Virus record (IMG/VR): IMGVR_UViG_3300033067_000354
Span: 1 to 39,507 of that record
DNA from: a virus
Lineage: Duplodnaviria; Caudoviricetes
Reading direction: 5' to 3' (one strand)
DNA length: 39,507 nt
Part shown: one piece after another, positions 1 to 8,461 of the stretch
Position numbering within the stretch: the first letter of the stretch is position 1
How the letters are laid out: the number at the start of each line of letters is the position of its first letter
Program-made: the position numbers and the translations under genes
The notes under the pieces: model-generated
Databases searched by the model: none
Told to the model about the DNA's origin: nothing
What the model saw: the letters and a program-made list of their open reading frames with translations, nothing else

Positions 1-77
1 GCCGCCGCCGCCGCCGCCGACGTTCTGCCCGACCCAGTCCGCAGCCCACCCCGGCAGGCTGTCGCGGCTGTAGGACG
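1..77. repeat. 77-bp exact direct repeat with the window end (circular-assembly overlap)
   Basis: Bases 1-77 are identical to 39431-39507, and one ORF reads in frame across the junction. Confidence 0.97.
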
Positions 78-366
78 GCCCCCAAGCGCGCGGCGCGCCG
101 ACGTCAAAGTGCAGGCTGTTGTCGTAGAAGCCGAAGCCCTGAAAGCCCGCATTGCGCGCCGCCGTGGCCAGCGCCAGACGCTGCTCTGGCGACATGCCCG
201 CGACGCTGATGTCGAAGGCGTTGCCGTGCGTGTGCTGGCTGTTCCGTGCGCCGCCGACGCGTGCGTTGTGCGCCGGATCTCGGTAACCGCTGGTAACAGA
301 CAGCGGCTGGCCCCACGACTGCGTGAGGCGATCCAGTGCGGCCTGTGCTTCAGGGCTGATCGCCAT
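1..366 (-). CDS. 5' part of an origin-spanning ejection/internal virion protein; N-terminal peptidase M15A-type domain (missed by the ORF track)
   Basis: ATG at 366 gives MAISPEAQ...VTSGYRDPAHNARVGGARNSQHTHGNAFDI...GFYDNSLHFDV (M15 SxHx6D...H Zn motif), then a Gly linker continuing in frame at 39430 into ORF 38288..39418; 502 aa in total. Confidence 0.85.
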   Translation of the reverse strand, partial: MAISPEAQAALDRLTQSWGQPLSVTSGYRDPAHNARVGGARNSQHTHGNAFDISVAGMSPEQRLALATAARNAGFQGFGFYDNSLHFDVGAPRAWGPSYSRDSLPGWAADWVGQNVGGGGGG

Positions 367-369
367 GCG

Positions 370-1275
370 TCAGCCCTCAAACCCTGCGGCGCGCCGCGCA
401 CGGTCCATCAGCGGGCGCAGAACGCCCTTCAGGATCGGCACGCGCTTGACCACACGGGCCACAGCCTCACCGTGCGTCGCGTATGCCTTCAGCAACCACT
501 TGGGTGCATCGGTCATCAGCCAGTGCCGGAACTGGGTCCAACGCGGGTCGTCCGCGCCGTAGACCTCGCGGGCGACCCAGCAAAAGCCCAGCGCGCCCGC
601 TGCCGTCGCGCCTGCGGTCAGGTAGTCGAAGACGCCCGGCTTGGATCGCGTCGTCGTCGTGCCTTGGCCACCCGGCATCGCCCCCAGCGCGGCCAGAATA
701 GATGACAGGCCCGCATTGGGTGCACCCGTGAAGCCGCTGTACTGGCCCTTGGCCGCATCGATCAGCGCCTGCATCATCTGCTGCTGCTGGCCACCCATCG
801 TGTTCTGCGCGCCCGCAAGCTGCGTGCCGTAGCCGAAGCCGAGGTTGGACAGGTTGCCCAACTGGCCCGCCGCTTGAAGCTGCAGGTTCTGCTGGTTCTG
901 CGCCGCACCCAGCGCGGTGTTGAAGCCCGTGTTGTACAGGTTCGCCGCCGTCTGGCCCGCCGTGTCATAGAAGTTGCGGTTGCTCTCGGCCTCGGCGACG
1001 CCATGCCGAGATCCGCCATATGCGCCAGCCGCCGACGCCTGCGCGCCGATGTCGTTCATCGTCATCTGCCGCGCCCGGTTCAGCGCATCCATGGACGTGT
1101 TGACGACGCCCTGCGTGAAGGGGTTTGCAAACGCGCCGATGTTCGGCCCGCCCTGCATGACGCCCTGCGTGCCCTGCAGCGCGCCCGTGTATGCGTTGGC
1201 CGACTGGTTGAAGACGTTCTGCCCCGGCTGCGCGGTCGGGACGGTCACGTTCTGCGGATTGCCTGCGCCTGACAT
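370..1275 (-). CDS. DNA pilot/ejection-type internal virion protein with C-terminal CWVAREVYG domain
   Basis: 301 aa, Gly/Ala/Gln/Asn-rich, with an NPF...GAYGGSRHGVAEAE motif typical of podovirus ejection proteins; lies among virion genes. Confidence 0.7.
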   Translation of the reverse strand: MSGAGNPQNVTVPTAQPGQNVFNQSANAYTGALQGTQGVMQGGPNIGAFANPFTQGVVNTSMDALNRARQMTMNDIGAQASAAGAYGGSRHGVAEAESNRNFYDTAGQTAANLYNTGFNTALGAAQNQQNLQLQAAGQLGNLSNLGFGYGTQLAGAQNTMGGQQQQMMQALIDAAKGQYSGFTGAPNAGLSSILAALGAMPGGQGTTTTRSKPGVFDYLTAGATAAGALGFCWVAREVYGADDPRWTQFRHWLMTDAPKWLLKAYATHGEAVARVVKRVPILKGVLRPLMDRARRAAGFEG

Positions 1276-1285
1276 GGCTGTGCCC

Positions 1286-1933
1286 TCACTTACGGTTCGG
1301 ATTGGGTCGCGGGCGGTTAGACTGCGACGGCGTGTTGTTGGTCTGCGTCGCGCGTGCGATGGCTTGGTTTACCGCGCTGGCCGGGTTGCGCGTGTTGACG
1401 CCCCCCGGTAGGCGCGACGAAATCGCGCCGGGAACGAAGCTGCCGTAGCCCCGCGACGGTTGCAGTGCCGCGATCTCAGCCGCGCTGCGGTCTGATCTGC
1501 TCGTTTGCTGTACGATAGGCTGTCCGGTCGGTTGGGCTGCTGCCGGGGGCTGCATCCACGACGGCAGCGCGCCCGTCATCGGGTCCGCAAACTGGGACAT
1601 GATGGCGTTGTACGTGCCCGGATTGCGGGCCTTCAGTTCGGCCACCGCCGCCTCGTACATCGGGGCGGAACTGTAGCCCCGGACGCCGCCAGCGAAGGTC
1701 TGCGCCTCAGGCATGCCCGTCCCGGTCGGCGCAGCCATGCCGAAGGCCGACGCCCCGGCGTTGATGTTCGACGCTGCCGCCTCTTGCATCGGCGTCATCG
1801 CCGCGACGTCGGGGCCGAAATAGGGGGCGTAGGGGATCGCCGCGACGCTGTTGGCGCGGGCCAGTGCCTGCTGCGCCGCGCCACTCAGCCATTCTGGGAT
1901 TTTCGTTTCTGACGTCTGGCTTCCACCGCTCAT
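1286..1933 (-). CDS. Putative ejection (DNA transfer) protein
   Basis: 215 aa; MSGGSQTSETKIPEW...PYAPYFGPDVAAMTPMQ N-terminus and position after the GNAT-like gene. Confidence 0.6.
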   Translation of the reverse strand: MSGGSQTSETKIPEWLSGAAQQALARANSVAAIPYAPYFGPDVAAMTPMQEAAASNINAGASAFGMAAPTGTGMPEAQTFAGGVRGYSSAPMYEAAVAELKARNPGTYNAIMSQFADPMTGALPSWMQPPAAAQPTGQPIVQQTSRSDRSAAEIAALQPSRGYGSFVPGAISSRLPGGVNTRNPASAVNQAIARATQTNNTPSQSNRPRPNPNRK

Positions 1934-1934
1934 A

Positions 1935-2291
1935 TCAGATGTCCTTTTCCATCACGACCATCGTCGTTTTCCACCCCTCGGATCGCAGCGCCCGCTGCCA
2001 GCCCATGCGGCCTGACAGCGTCATGACGCTGCACCCTTGCCCACGGCCCCACGCCATCGCGCTCTCGGTCATGTCGAACAACTGGTCCATCTCGCCGCCC
2101 GCCAAGAAAATGTGGAGGGCCTTCTTCCTTGGGTATACCACAATCTGCGTGACTGCACAGCCCTTGGGGGCTGGCCACAACTGCATGTGGCCCGACGCGA
2201 TACCATCCGCGACATCCTGAAAGGTGTGCGTGTCGCCGCCGTAGGCCAGCGCGGCCTCAATCCACGGGCGGCACCGCTCCAGTTCCGTCAT
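1935..2291 (-). CDS. GNAT-like virion morphogenesis protein
   Basis: ATG at 2291 (ATGA overlap with upstream stop); 118 aa with LHIFLAGG...WGRGQGC...GRMGWQRAL pattern. Confidence 0.7.
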   Translation of the reverse strand: MTELERCRPWIEAALAYGGDTHTFQDVADGIASGHMQLWPAPKGCAVTQIVVYPRKKALHIFLAGGEMDQLFDMTESAMAWGRGQGCSVMTLSGRMGWQRALRSEGWKTTMVVMEKDI

Positions 2292-2944
2292 GCGGCCACC
2301 CGCGTCACCGTCAGCGTGACGGCAGGCGTGGCAGGCGCAAAGGTCGTTGCTGCCTCTGCCGACAGCGACCCGTTGGTGCTGTCCGTCGCCCAGCGTGCGA
2401 TCAGCTTGTCGCCCGCCGTGAAGCTGAACAGCGCCGACCGGGCCACGACGATGGTCGCCCCGTTGTTGTGCAGCGACGCCTTCATGGTGCTGCCGGGGAT
2501 GTCCGCGCCGTTGATGCGCGGCCAGAACCAGAAATTGACCGTGCTGGCCGAGGAGGATTTGATCTGCGCCGTGAAGGTGATGAGGTACTGGCCACCCTCG
2601 GCGAAGGTCAGTTCGCTGCCGCTGACGGACACCCCGTTGTTGGCCATGGGCGGGCTGTCCCATGTCAGCGAATAGGCCGTGTTGGCCGCTGCCGCCGTGA
2701 CGGTGGTGGAGATCTGCAGCATGGCATAGCCGTCCGACAGCACGATCTGCCGCCAGACGCCGTCCTTGGAAACGACGGGATAGCCTGCCGCCGCGTCCCA
2801 CAGCATCACGCCATCCTGATCGGCAGGCGCGCCAGCGCCCGCCTGCTTGAACGTCAGGCTATCCAGCGCGCGGGCCAGCCAGCGCCGCATGTCATTGGCC
2901 CAGACAGCGACGTCGCGGCCAACAGGTGGAATGCCCTGCCTCAT
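2288..2944 (-). CDS. Virion tail protein with C-terminal beta-sandwich
   Basis: 218 aa, coupled to the gp10-like gene; beta-rich C-terminus (GQYLITFTAQI...GDKLIARW). Confidence 0.55.
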   Translation of the reverse strand: MRQGIPPVGRDVAVWANDMRRWLARALDSLTFKQAGAGAPADQDGVMLWDAAAGYPVVSKDGVWRQIVLSDGYAMLQISTTVTAAAANTAYSLTWDSPPMANNGVSVSGSELTFAEGGQYLITFTAQIKSSSASTVNFWFWPRINGADIPGSTMKASLHNNGATIVVARSALFSFTAGDKLIARWATDSTNGSLSAEAATTFAPATPAVTLTVTRVAA

Positions 2945-4416
2945 CGCGCGCTCCCCGGTCTGGCATCGATGCGCGGGACGCCCCAGCGCCAGTCGGTGTT
3001 GTCCGCGCCCGTCACGCGCATGGCGATCTGCCGCCCGGTGAAGCGGGTGTTGGTCGGGTTGGCCATGCTGTAGGGGCCGTAGGACCGCTCGGTGTCGTTG
3101 GGGTAGAAGCGCGTCTTGAACGTGACGGTCGCCTGTCCCTGCGTGCGCTCATCGGGGATCAGTTCGACCACAGACATGGTCGTGTCCCCGGCCCCGATCT
3201 GGACCGGGCCGCTCTCGGCATAGACCGCCGCGCCGCCAGTCTGGTTGCCGATCTCATGGTTCACGGCCAAGCCCGCAGGCGTCATCCAGATCGGCGTGCT
3301 GAACACGCCCGCATCGACCCCGCTGGTCCGGGCCATCTGGCCGATAGACCAATGGTTTTCTTTGTAGTTGAAAACGACATATCTGTCGTTTTCGATGCTG
3401 CCGCTGGATGGGTAGAACCACCAGATTTCCGTGAACTTGGCGTTGGAAACAGCCGCGACTTTCGCCTGCTGCGTCGTGTTGATGTCGCCAAAGACATAGT
3501 CGGCGACCTCGCTGGGGACAGGCTGGACGGCCCCGCCCGCGTACATGAAGAAACCGCGCTGCCCCATCCAAAACACGCCAGCATCGACAGCCGCCGCGCA
3601 CATGCGCGAGATCGCCCCGCAGGCCGATCCGACGCGCTCGAAGCCGTAGACGAAGGGCGGGCCTTGATATGTCGCCGCGTGAGCGTCCTGATCGGTCAGG
3701 ATCAGGGTCTGGCCGCGCGTCCCGATGCCCAGCATGATCTGGCCCGACGTCTGCAATTCGATGTCGCCCGCCTCATTGGTGGAGGTGGGCGTCCAGACCG
3801 TGTTGGCCTCCCGGTCGCACCACTGGACCTTGCGATAGTTGCCGCCCGCGCCCAGCGCGAACAGAAACCGCTCTTCGGTGACCACAAGGGCCGAACAGTT
3901 CACGGGGGCGTTGGTGATCGGCGCGGCGTTGTTGGCTGTGTTCAGCGTCCACTCCAGCAGCCGTCCGTCATTGTCGCTGCATGCCACAAGGTTCTGGCCC
4001 CAATTGTCCATGGACCACGATGTCGGCGGCAGGGGCATGCCCGTATCGGGCCGCGCGATGCCGTAGGCTGCGGTGCCGTAGAAGCCGCCGCCGTAGCCCG
4101 TATTGACTGCTGCGTCGGCGTTCCCGACCACCAGATCGACGGGCGTGATATCGGTGACGCTGTTGCTGGCCGATCCGACGAAGAGGCCCTCAAAGGTGCC
4201 CGCAGCGAACCAGCGATCCCCGCTCAGATCGCGCCACGCCATCGCGCCCCGGATGGGTTGATCGGTCATGACGACGCGCGTCAGCCACCCGCCGACAGGC
4301 TGCATGGTGCCATCCGTCCAGCGCACCAGCGATGCATCCCGCCAGCGGTTTGCGGCCTGCATGTCGGTTCCATTGCGGTAGACGCCGGGTGGCAGTTGAA
4401 GCGGGATCAGGGGCAT
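2941..4416 (-). CDS. Tail hub / packaged-DNA stabilisation protein (P22 gp10-like)
   Basis: Likely start MPLIPLQLPPGV at 4416; 491 aa, beta-rich, with GPPFVYGF...CG and EIWWFYPS...NDRYVVFNY motifs. Confidence 0.75.
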   Translation of the reverse strand: MPLIPLQLPPGVYRNGTDMQAANRWRDASLVRWTDGTMQPVGGWLTRVVMTDQPIRGAMAWRDLSGDRWFAAGTFEGLFVGSASNSVTDITPVDLVVGNADAAVNTGYGGGFYGTAAYGIARPDTGMPLPPTSWSMDNWGQNLVACSDNDGRLLEWTLNTANNAAPITNAPVNCSALVVTEERFLFALGAGGNYRKVQWCDREANTVWTPTSTNEAGDIELQTSGQIMLGIGTRGQTLILTDQDAHAATYQGPPFVYGFERVGSACGAISRMCAAAVDAGVFWMGQRGFFMYAGGAVQPVPSEVADYVFGDINTTQQAKVAAVSNAKFTEIWWFYPSSGSIENDRYVVFNYKENHWSIGQMARTSGVDAGVFSTPIWMTPAGLAVNHEIGNQTGGAAVYAESGPVQIGAGDTTMSVVELIPDERTQGQATVTFKTRFYPNDTERSYGPYSMANPTNTRFTGRQIAMRVTGADNTDWRWGVPRIDARPGSAR

Positions 4417-4619
4417 GTCGCGGTCTTCTCGTTGTGGCTGACGACGGCGCGCAGCATCGGCTGGTCGTTTTCTGCCAGCCAATCTACCACAGCATCACTG
4501 CCAAAGTATATCGGGCGGGCCACGTCGCAAAAGTCACCGCTGGCCTTTACGCACCCACACAGCAGCGCGGCGCTTGAGAGCATCCACATCCAGTGCCTCG
4601 ACTTCATTTTCCACCTCAT
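4407..4619 (-). CDS. o-spanin (Rz1-like lipoprotein)
   Basis: Signal-like MKSRHWMWMLSSAALLCG-C lipobox; overlaps the 3' end of the i-spanin in another frame; start may be 4607. Confidence 0.7.
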   Translation of the reverse strand: MRWKMKSRHWMWMLSSAALLCGCVKASGDFCDVARPIYFGSDAVVDWLAENDQPMLRAVVSHNEKTATCP

Positions 4620-4770
4620 GCGCGGCCTCTGTGGCCTTCAGTCTGGCGGTGGCGATCTGCGCCTTGATGTCAGCCTGCGCCGCCTTCCTGCCGCCAAACC
4701 AGCTTGCCGCCAGCGCGATGACGCCAGCGGCCAGCCGGATCAGCGGTGTCAGGATCGCCCGCCAGATCAT
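4534..4770 (-). CDS. i-spanin (Rz-like)
   Basis: 78 aa; N-terminal TM segment plus helical domain; follows the holin with an ATGA overlap. Confidence 0.7.
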   Translation of the reverse strand: MIWRAILTPLIRLAAGVIALAASWFGGRKAAQADIKAQIATARLKATEAAHEVENEVEALDVDALKRRAAVWVRKGQR

Positions 4771-4931
4771 TTACGTTTGGCGTAGACCGACCACAGGGCG
4801 ACGGCCAGCGTGGTCACCGCGCCCGTGATGGCGGTGGCCGTCTCGGCGTCGATCACGCCCTGCCCGACAAGGTAGCCGCCGCCAGCAGCCGCCAGCGCGC
4901 GGACGACGCCAGCCATTTGATCGTTGGACAT
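4767..4931 (-). CDS. Small two-TM holin (not in ORF track)
   Basis: 54 aa MSNDQMAGVVRALAAAGGGYLVGQGVID...LAVALWSVYAKRK; two hydrophobic segments, basic C-tail; AGGAG RBS; directly after the endolysin. Confidence 0.75.
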   Translation of the reverse strand: MSNDQMAGVVRALAAAGGGYLVGQGVIDAETATAITGAVTTLAVALWSVYAKRK

Positions 4932-4943
4932 GTCAGTCGCTCC

Positions 4944-5357
4944 TCATTTTACCGGATAGACCCGGCGATCCAGTTCCCAATGTGGGCCGTCCTTGAAGGT
5001 GCGCCAGTCGCCGCCCCAGACGATGGGGACGCCCTCGGCCACCGCCGCCGCCTTCACCGTCGTGGCAAGGCGGTGGTATAGCGGCCACGCGTACATCTCT
5101 TCCGTCTCGACCTTGCCGTCCTTGTCGATGTCCACGAAGGGGACGATGTCCACGGCGTGGCCTGTCAGGTGTCGGCTGTCCATCGTCTTAGACGCGCCGA
5201 TGCGGACCAGTTCGCGCTGTCGTGCCTCCGTGCGGAGGCCCTCTGTGACGATGAAGGCGAAGGGCGCGTGTTGCAGGGCGCGGTCCATCACCCGGCGCAG
5301 ATCAGGGTGGATGCCTTGCAGGTTTTTAATGCTGCGCTGGCTAAACTTGCGGCTCAT
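4944..5357 (-). CDS. Endolysin, peptidase M15 family (L-Ala-D-Glu peptidase-like)
   Basis: EGLRT..RQ..L...SRHLTGHAVDI...WGGDW..FKDGPHWEL motifs. Confidence 0.9.
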   Translation of the reverse strand: MSRKFSQRSIKNLQGIHPDLRRVMDRALQHAPFAFIVTEGLRTEARQRELVRIGASKTMDSRHLTGHAVDIVPFVDIDKDGKVETEEMYAWPLYHRLATTVKAAAVAEGVPIVWGGDWRTFKDGPHWELDRRVYPVK

Positions 5358-5596
5358 TTCCCTGCCCTTTCGATCAACCGATCAATCTTGGCATCCAGCG
5401 CCTCTAGTCGCAGGATTACGCGGTTGATGTCGGCGTGAACCTCGGCCTTGGTGACATAGTCTTTGGCGATCTCTTCGCGCGTCCGGTTCAAGAGGATTTG
5501 CAGGCGCGCCTGCTCATCCGCATAGGTTTTCAGCACCCATCCAATCAGGCCAATGGCTGCGGTGAGCAACGCGCTCCAAATCATCTCAGGCGGCAT
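5354..5596 (-). CDS. Single-TM plus coiled-coil lysis-associated protein (holin/antiholin-like)
   Basis: 80 aa; N-terminal TM then heptad-rich region; coupled to the endolysin start. Confidence 0.55.
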   Translation of the reverse strand: MPPEMIWSALLTAAIGLIGWVLKTYADEQARLQILLNRTREEIAKDYVTKAEVHADINRVILRLEALDAKIDRLIERAGK

Positions 5597-5759
5597 TTAT
5601 CTTTCCCCACTTGCGGGCAGGACACTCGGCTTTGTCCCACTTGACCTTTAGCGGCATGAAGCACAGGCAGAGGCGGCATTGCTTTGTCGTTGCGAGGAAG
5701 TCTTCGCACGACTGGCAGATGGCATATCGCTGATCCGCTACTGCTGCGCCCACGATCAC
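5586..5759 (-). CDS. Small Cys-rich protein (DUF6171-like pattern)
   Basis: GTG at 5759 overlaps the tail-fibre stop; 57 aa RYAICQSC...[11 protein letters not shown]...CPARKW. Confidence 0.65.
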   Translation of the reverse strand: MIVGAAVADQRYAICQSCEDFLATTKQCRLCLCFMPLKVKWDKAECPARKWGKINAA

Positions 5760-6469
5760 GCCTTCATGATGTACGCCAGCGCGTAGTACGGCGGACGGTT
5801 TTCGTGTGCAGAACCAGAGCCGACAGATGATGTCGTACCGCTGAACGTGTGGCTGTGGTCGCCTGCAGGCAGCGTCGTCAAACCGCTGTTCGTGGGCGTG
5901 CCGCCGCAGCAAGATGCGCCGGGACCGACACCGTCGCCAGAACCGTTCGTGGGGTAGTTTTGCTCGACGTGCGTGTGCGAACCCGTCGTGTTGGTCGTGC
6001 CGCTGAATGTGTGAGTGTGCGCCGGAAGGTTCGCTTGGCTGAGTGCGACAGTGTCTGCCCCGCCCGTCGCGCCCACCGCATATGCGCTGCCCGCGCCAAC
6101 GATAAACCTGTCGCGCAGGTTTGGGGTGCCGTTTGCGCCGTCGCAGAGAAACCAACCGGATGGAATTGACGCGATAGACCCAGACCACATGATGATGCCG
6201 CCAGACGGCATGAGGCGGGTGTTCAGATCGTTGGTCGTTGCCGTCAGCCCGTCCAGCTTATTCAACTCATCCGCGCTGGACGTCACCGCCGTCCCGTCGA
6301 TCTTCCACAGGCCACCCGACAGGTTGGGTTTGGCCTTCTGCGCGCCCGTGCCGCCCAGCAGGGCGTCCACGGCGTCCAGATCGGCGTTGATCTTGGCCCC
6401 CCAATTGTCGGCGCTGGCACCGACCTCAGGCTTGGTCAGGCCATAGTTGGTGGTTGTGGTATCAGCCAT
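5756..6469 (-). CDS. Short tail fibre with tail-collar domain
   Basis: [20 protein letters not shown]-terminus; [31 protein letters not shown] collar; HxH motifs; [13 protein letters not shown] end. Confidence 0.85.
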   Translation of the reverse strand: MADTTTTNYGLTKPEVGASADNWGAKINADLDAVDALLGGTGAQKAKPNLSGGLWKIDGTAVTSSADELNKLDGLTATTNDLNTRLMPSGGIIMWSGSIASIPSGWFLCDGANGTPNLRDRFIVGAGSAYAVGATGGADTVALSQANLPAHTHTFSGTTNTTGSHTHVEQNYPTNGSGDGVGPGASCCGGTPTNSGLTTLPAGDHSHTFSGTTSSVGSGSAHENRPPYYALAYIMKA

Positions 6470-6524
6470 GCGCCATCTCCGTCAGGCTTGCGTTACGTCG
6501 TTATGTCACGCCGGGGCGTGTTTC

Positions 6525-7727
6525 TCAACTCCACGTCGCGGTCTGTGGCCCTTGGTCGGTCCAGATCTCGGCCTGCGCGCCCTGCGGGGACCACACCTCG
6601 CTGGCGACATTGCCGGGTTCCCACAGCAGCGTCATGGTCGCCGTCACCGACAGCGTGACGTCCGCGCTGGCCGTGATGTTGGTCAGGGCACCCATCGCGG
6701 CCACCGCCGACAGGTCTGTCGTCGCCGTCGCGTTGATCTGGCGCACCGCGACCGTGCTGGCCGATGCCGTCAGTGCGATGTCTGCCGACGCCCCGATCAG
6801 GACGATGCCCACGGTGACCATGCTGGCCGTTGCGGTCAGACTGACGCTGGCCGTGCCCGCCATCCGGGCCACCCGCTGCAGTGCCGACGACGACGTCAGG
6901 GCGATACTGGCCGATCCGGCGACCTGCACGACGTCCACGAAGGTCGCGTCGAAGCCCAGCGCGATGTTGGCCGTGCCAGCCATTTCTGCCACGCGGACCA
7001 GAGACGACGTGCTGGTCAGGTCGATGCTGTCGGTCGCGTCGATGTCGATGAAAGTGGTGGGCGCTGGCCGCAGGGCCAGCGTCGCGGCCACCCATGAGTT
7101 GGTGGCGGCTGACGTGACGCCGCCCCACTGGGCGGGCGTGAAGGTGCCGCTTGTCCACGCAAAGCTGCCGAGGCCGACGCTGCCGTTCAGAGATCCGGTC
7201 GTCTCCTGCGCGGAGAACATGTTCGACAGGTCGGTGCTGGTGAATAGTCCCGGCGTGGCGTAGGGGGTGCCGCTCCCCGCCGCGCAGATCACCACCGCGC
7301 CTGCGGTCACAGGCGTGATCGCCGGGGGCGTCGGCAGGTTGCCGTTGATGCCCGTCGCCGTCGTGACAGCGACATCCAGAGGCGTCGTCGTGTCCACGCC
7401 GCGCCAGACGTAGACCGCGCAGCCCATGCCCGTCGCGGAGGTGAAATCGACGGAGGTGTCGGGCGTCGTGCCCATGATCTTGTAGCCGACGCCCATGTTG
7501 GCGTCGTTGTCGTCGTTGGCGTAAAGGTCGGCCAGTTCGGTGTAGCCGCCGTTGGTCGGCAGCGGCAGGTTGGTGTCCAAGATGTTGGGGCGGATGATGG
7601 CGTAGATGACGATGTCATTCGCTGCCGCCGTGGACGACAGGCCACCCGTCAGCCCCGTCAGGCTGACAGAGATGGTGGTCAGCCCGCCTGCCTGCTGAAA
7701 GTTTCCACCGACGTACTGAAGGGGCAT
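6525..7727 (-). CDS. Virion structural protein: N-terminal beta domain plus ~20-aa repeat stalk
   Basis: 400 aa, Thr/Ala-rich; about eight 20-aa repeats before a Trp-spaced C-terminus. Confidence 0.65.
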   Translation of the reverse strand: MPLQYVGGNFQQAGGLTTISVSLTGLTGGLSSTAAANDIVIYAIIRPNILDTNLPLPTNGGYTELADLYANDDNDANMGVGYKIMGTTPDTSVDFTSATGMGCAVYVWRGVDTTTPLDVAVTTATGINGNLPTPPAITPVTAGAVVICAAGSGTPYATPGLFTSTDLSNMFSAQETTGSLNGSVGLGSFAWTSGTFTPAQWGGVTSAATNSWVAATLALRPAPTTFIDIDATDSIDLTSTSSLVRVAEMAGTANIALGFDATFVDVVQVAGSASIALTSSSALQRVARMAGTASVSLTATASMVTVGIVLIGASADIALTASASTVAVRQINATATTDLSAVAAMGALTNITASADVTLSVTATMTLLWEPGNVASEVWSPQGAQAEIWTDQGPQTATWS

Positions 7728-7734
7728 GTTGACC

Positions 7735-8079
7735 TCACAATGCCGTCAGCGATGCCGAGGTGATCGTCGCGTCGCCCGTCAGGGTGACGTCGATCTGGCA
7801 GGCTGCATCGACGTCCGACACAAAGGTGATCTGCAGTTCGCCAAGGTAGATCCCATCCACCCGCGCGCCCGACAGGCCGATCCCGGTGATGTTGTCGTCC
7901 ATCGTCTCGGCGGAATAGATGCGGTCTTCCTCGAAGGTGACCGTCTCGTTGATGCCCAGAGGCTGGACCGTCATCGCGCCGCCGATGTTCGCCGGGACAA
8001 TGGCCGTGCTGAACCGGACAGAGACGCGTGCGCCCTGCCCGGTCAGGAGGTCAACAGTCCCGGTCCATGTCGCGCCCAC
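7735..8079 (-). CDS. Hypothetical virion protein
   Basis: 114 aa, fills the gap in the operon; beta-rich composition. Confidence 0.55.
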   Translation of the reverse strand: MGATWTGTVDLLTGQGARVSVRFSTAIVPANIGGAMTVQPLGINETVTFEEDRIYSAETMDDNITGIGLSGARVDGIYLGELQITFVSDVDAACQIDVTLTGDATITSASLTAL

Positions 8080-8086
8080 GCTGGTA

Positions 8087-8461
8087 TCAGTTCAGCGTGA
8101 AGGTCAGGCTGGACGCGGGCAGACGCAGCACGTCGCCCGTGTTGATGGTCTTGGACGTCGTCAGCGCCGCGTATGCGATCATGACGCCGCTCTGGTCGAA
8201 CACGGCACAGGCGACGATGGTGCCCCAGTCAGCCGTCGCGGCGGGCCACTCGACCGCTGCCGTGTTGGTGGCGGTCGGGTTGGACACCGTGAAGGCGATG
8301 CTCTGGCGCGCGTAGCTGCCGCCCGTGACCTCGGTCCCGGCGGTGCTGTCGGTCGGCGCGACCGTGAAGACGCCGATGGTCCAACTGGTCGGGCGCGTCA
8401 CCGCGCTGCCGTTGAACAGCCAGTTCAGCGTCGTCGTTTCGTAGGTGTTGGAAAGGCTCAT
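8087..8461 (-). CDS. Conserved small virion/tail protein
   Basis: ATG at 8461 (ATGA overlap); 124 aa with GTEVTGGSYARQ...WGTIVACAVFD motif common in podovirus tail regions. Confidence 0.75.
   Translation of the reverse strand: MSLSNTYETTTLNWLFNGSAVTRPTSWTIGVFTVAPTDSTAGTEVTGGSYARQSIAFTVSNPTATNTAAVEWPAATADWGTIVACAVFDQSGVMIAYAALTTSKTINTGDVLRLPASSLTFTLN

Noticed and set aside
1-18. (GCC)n microsatellite as a phase-variation tract
   Set aside because: It is a triplet repeat encoding an in-frame poly-Gly linker; slippage would not shift the frame.
1-77. Terminal repeat as a biological direct terminal repeat
   Set aside because: The length of 77 equals a common assembler k-mer and the repeat falls mid-gene, so it indicates circular assembly rather than physical ends.
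2926-4785. 619-aa plus-strand ORF
   Set aside because: Antisense shadow of the gp10-like and spanin genes caused by GC-rich codon usage; no recognisable motifs.
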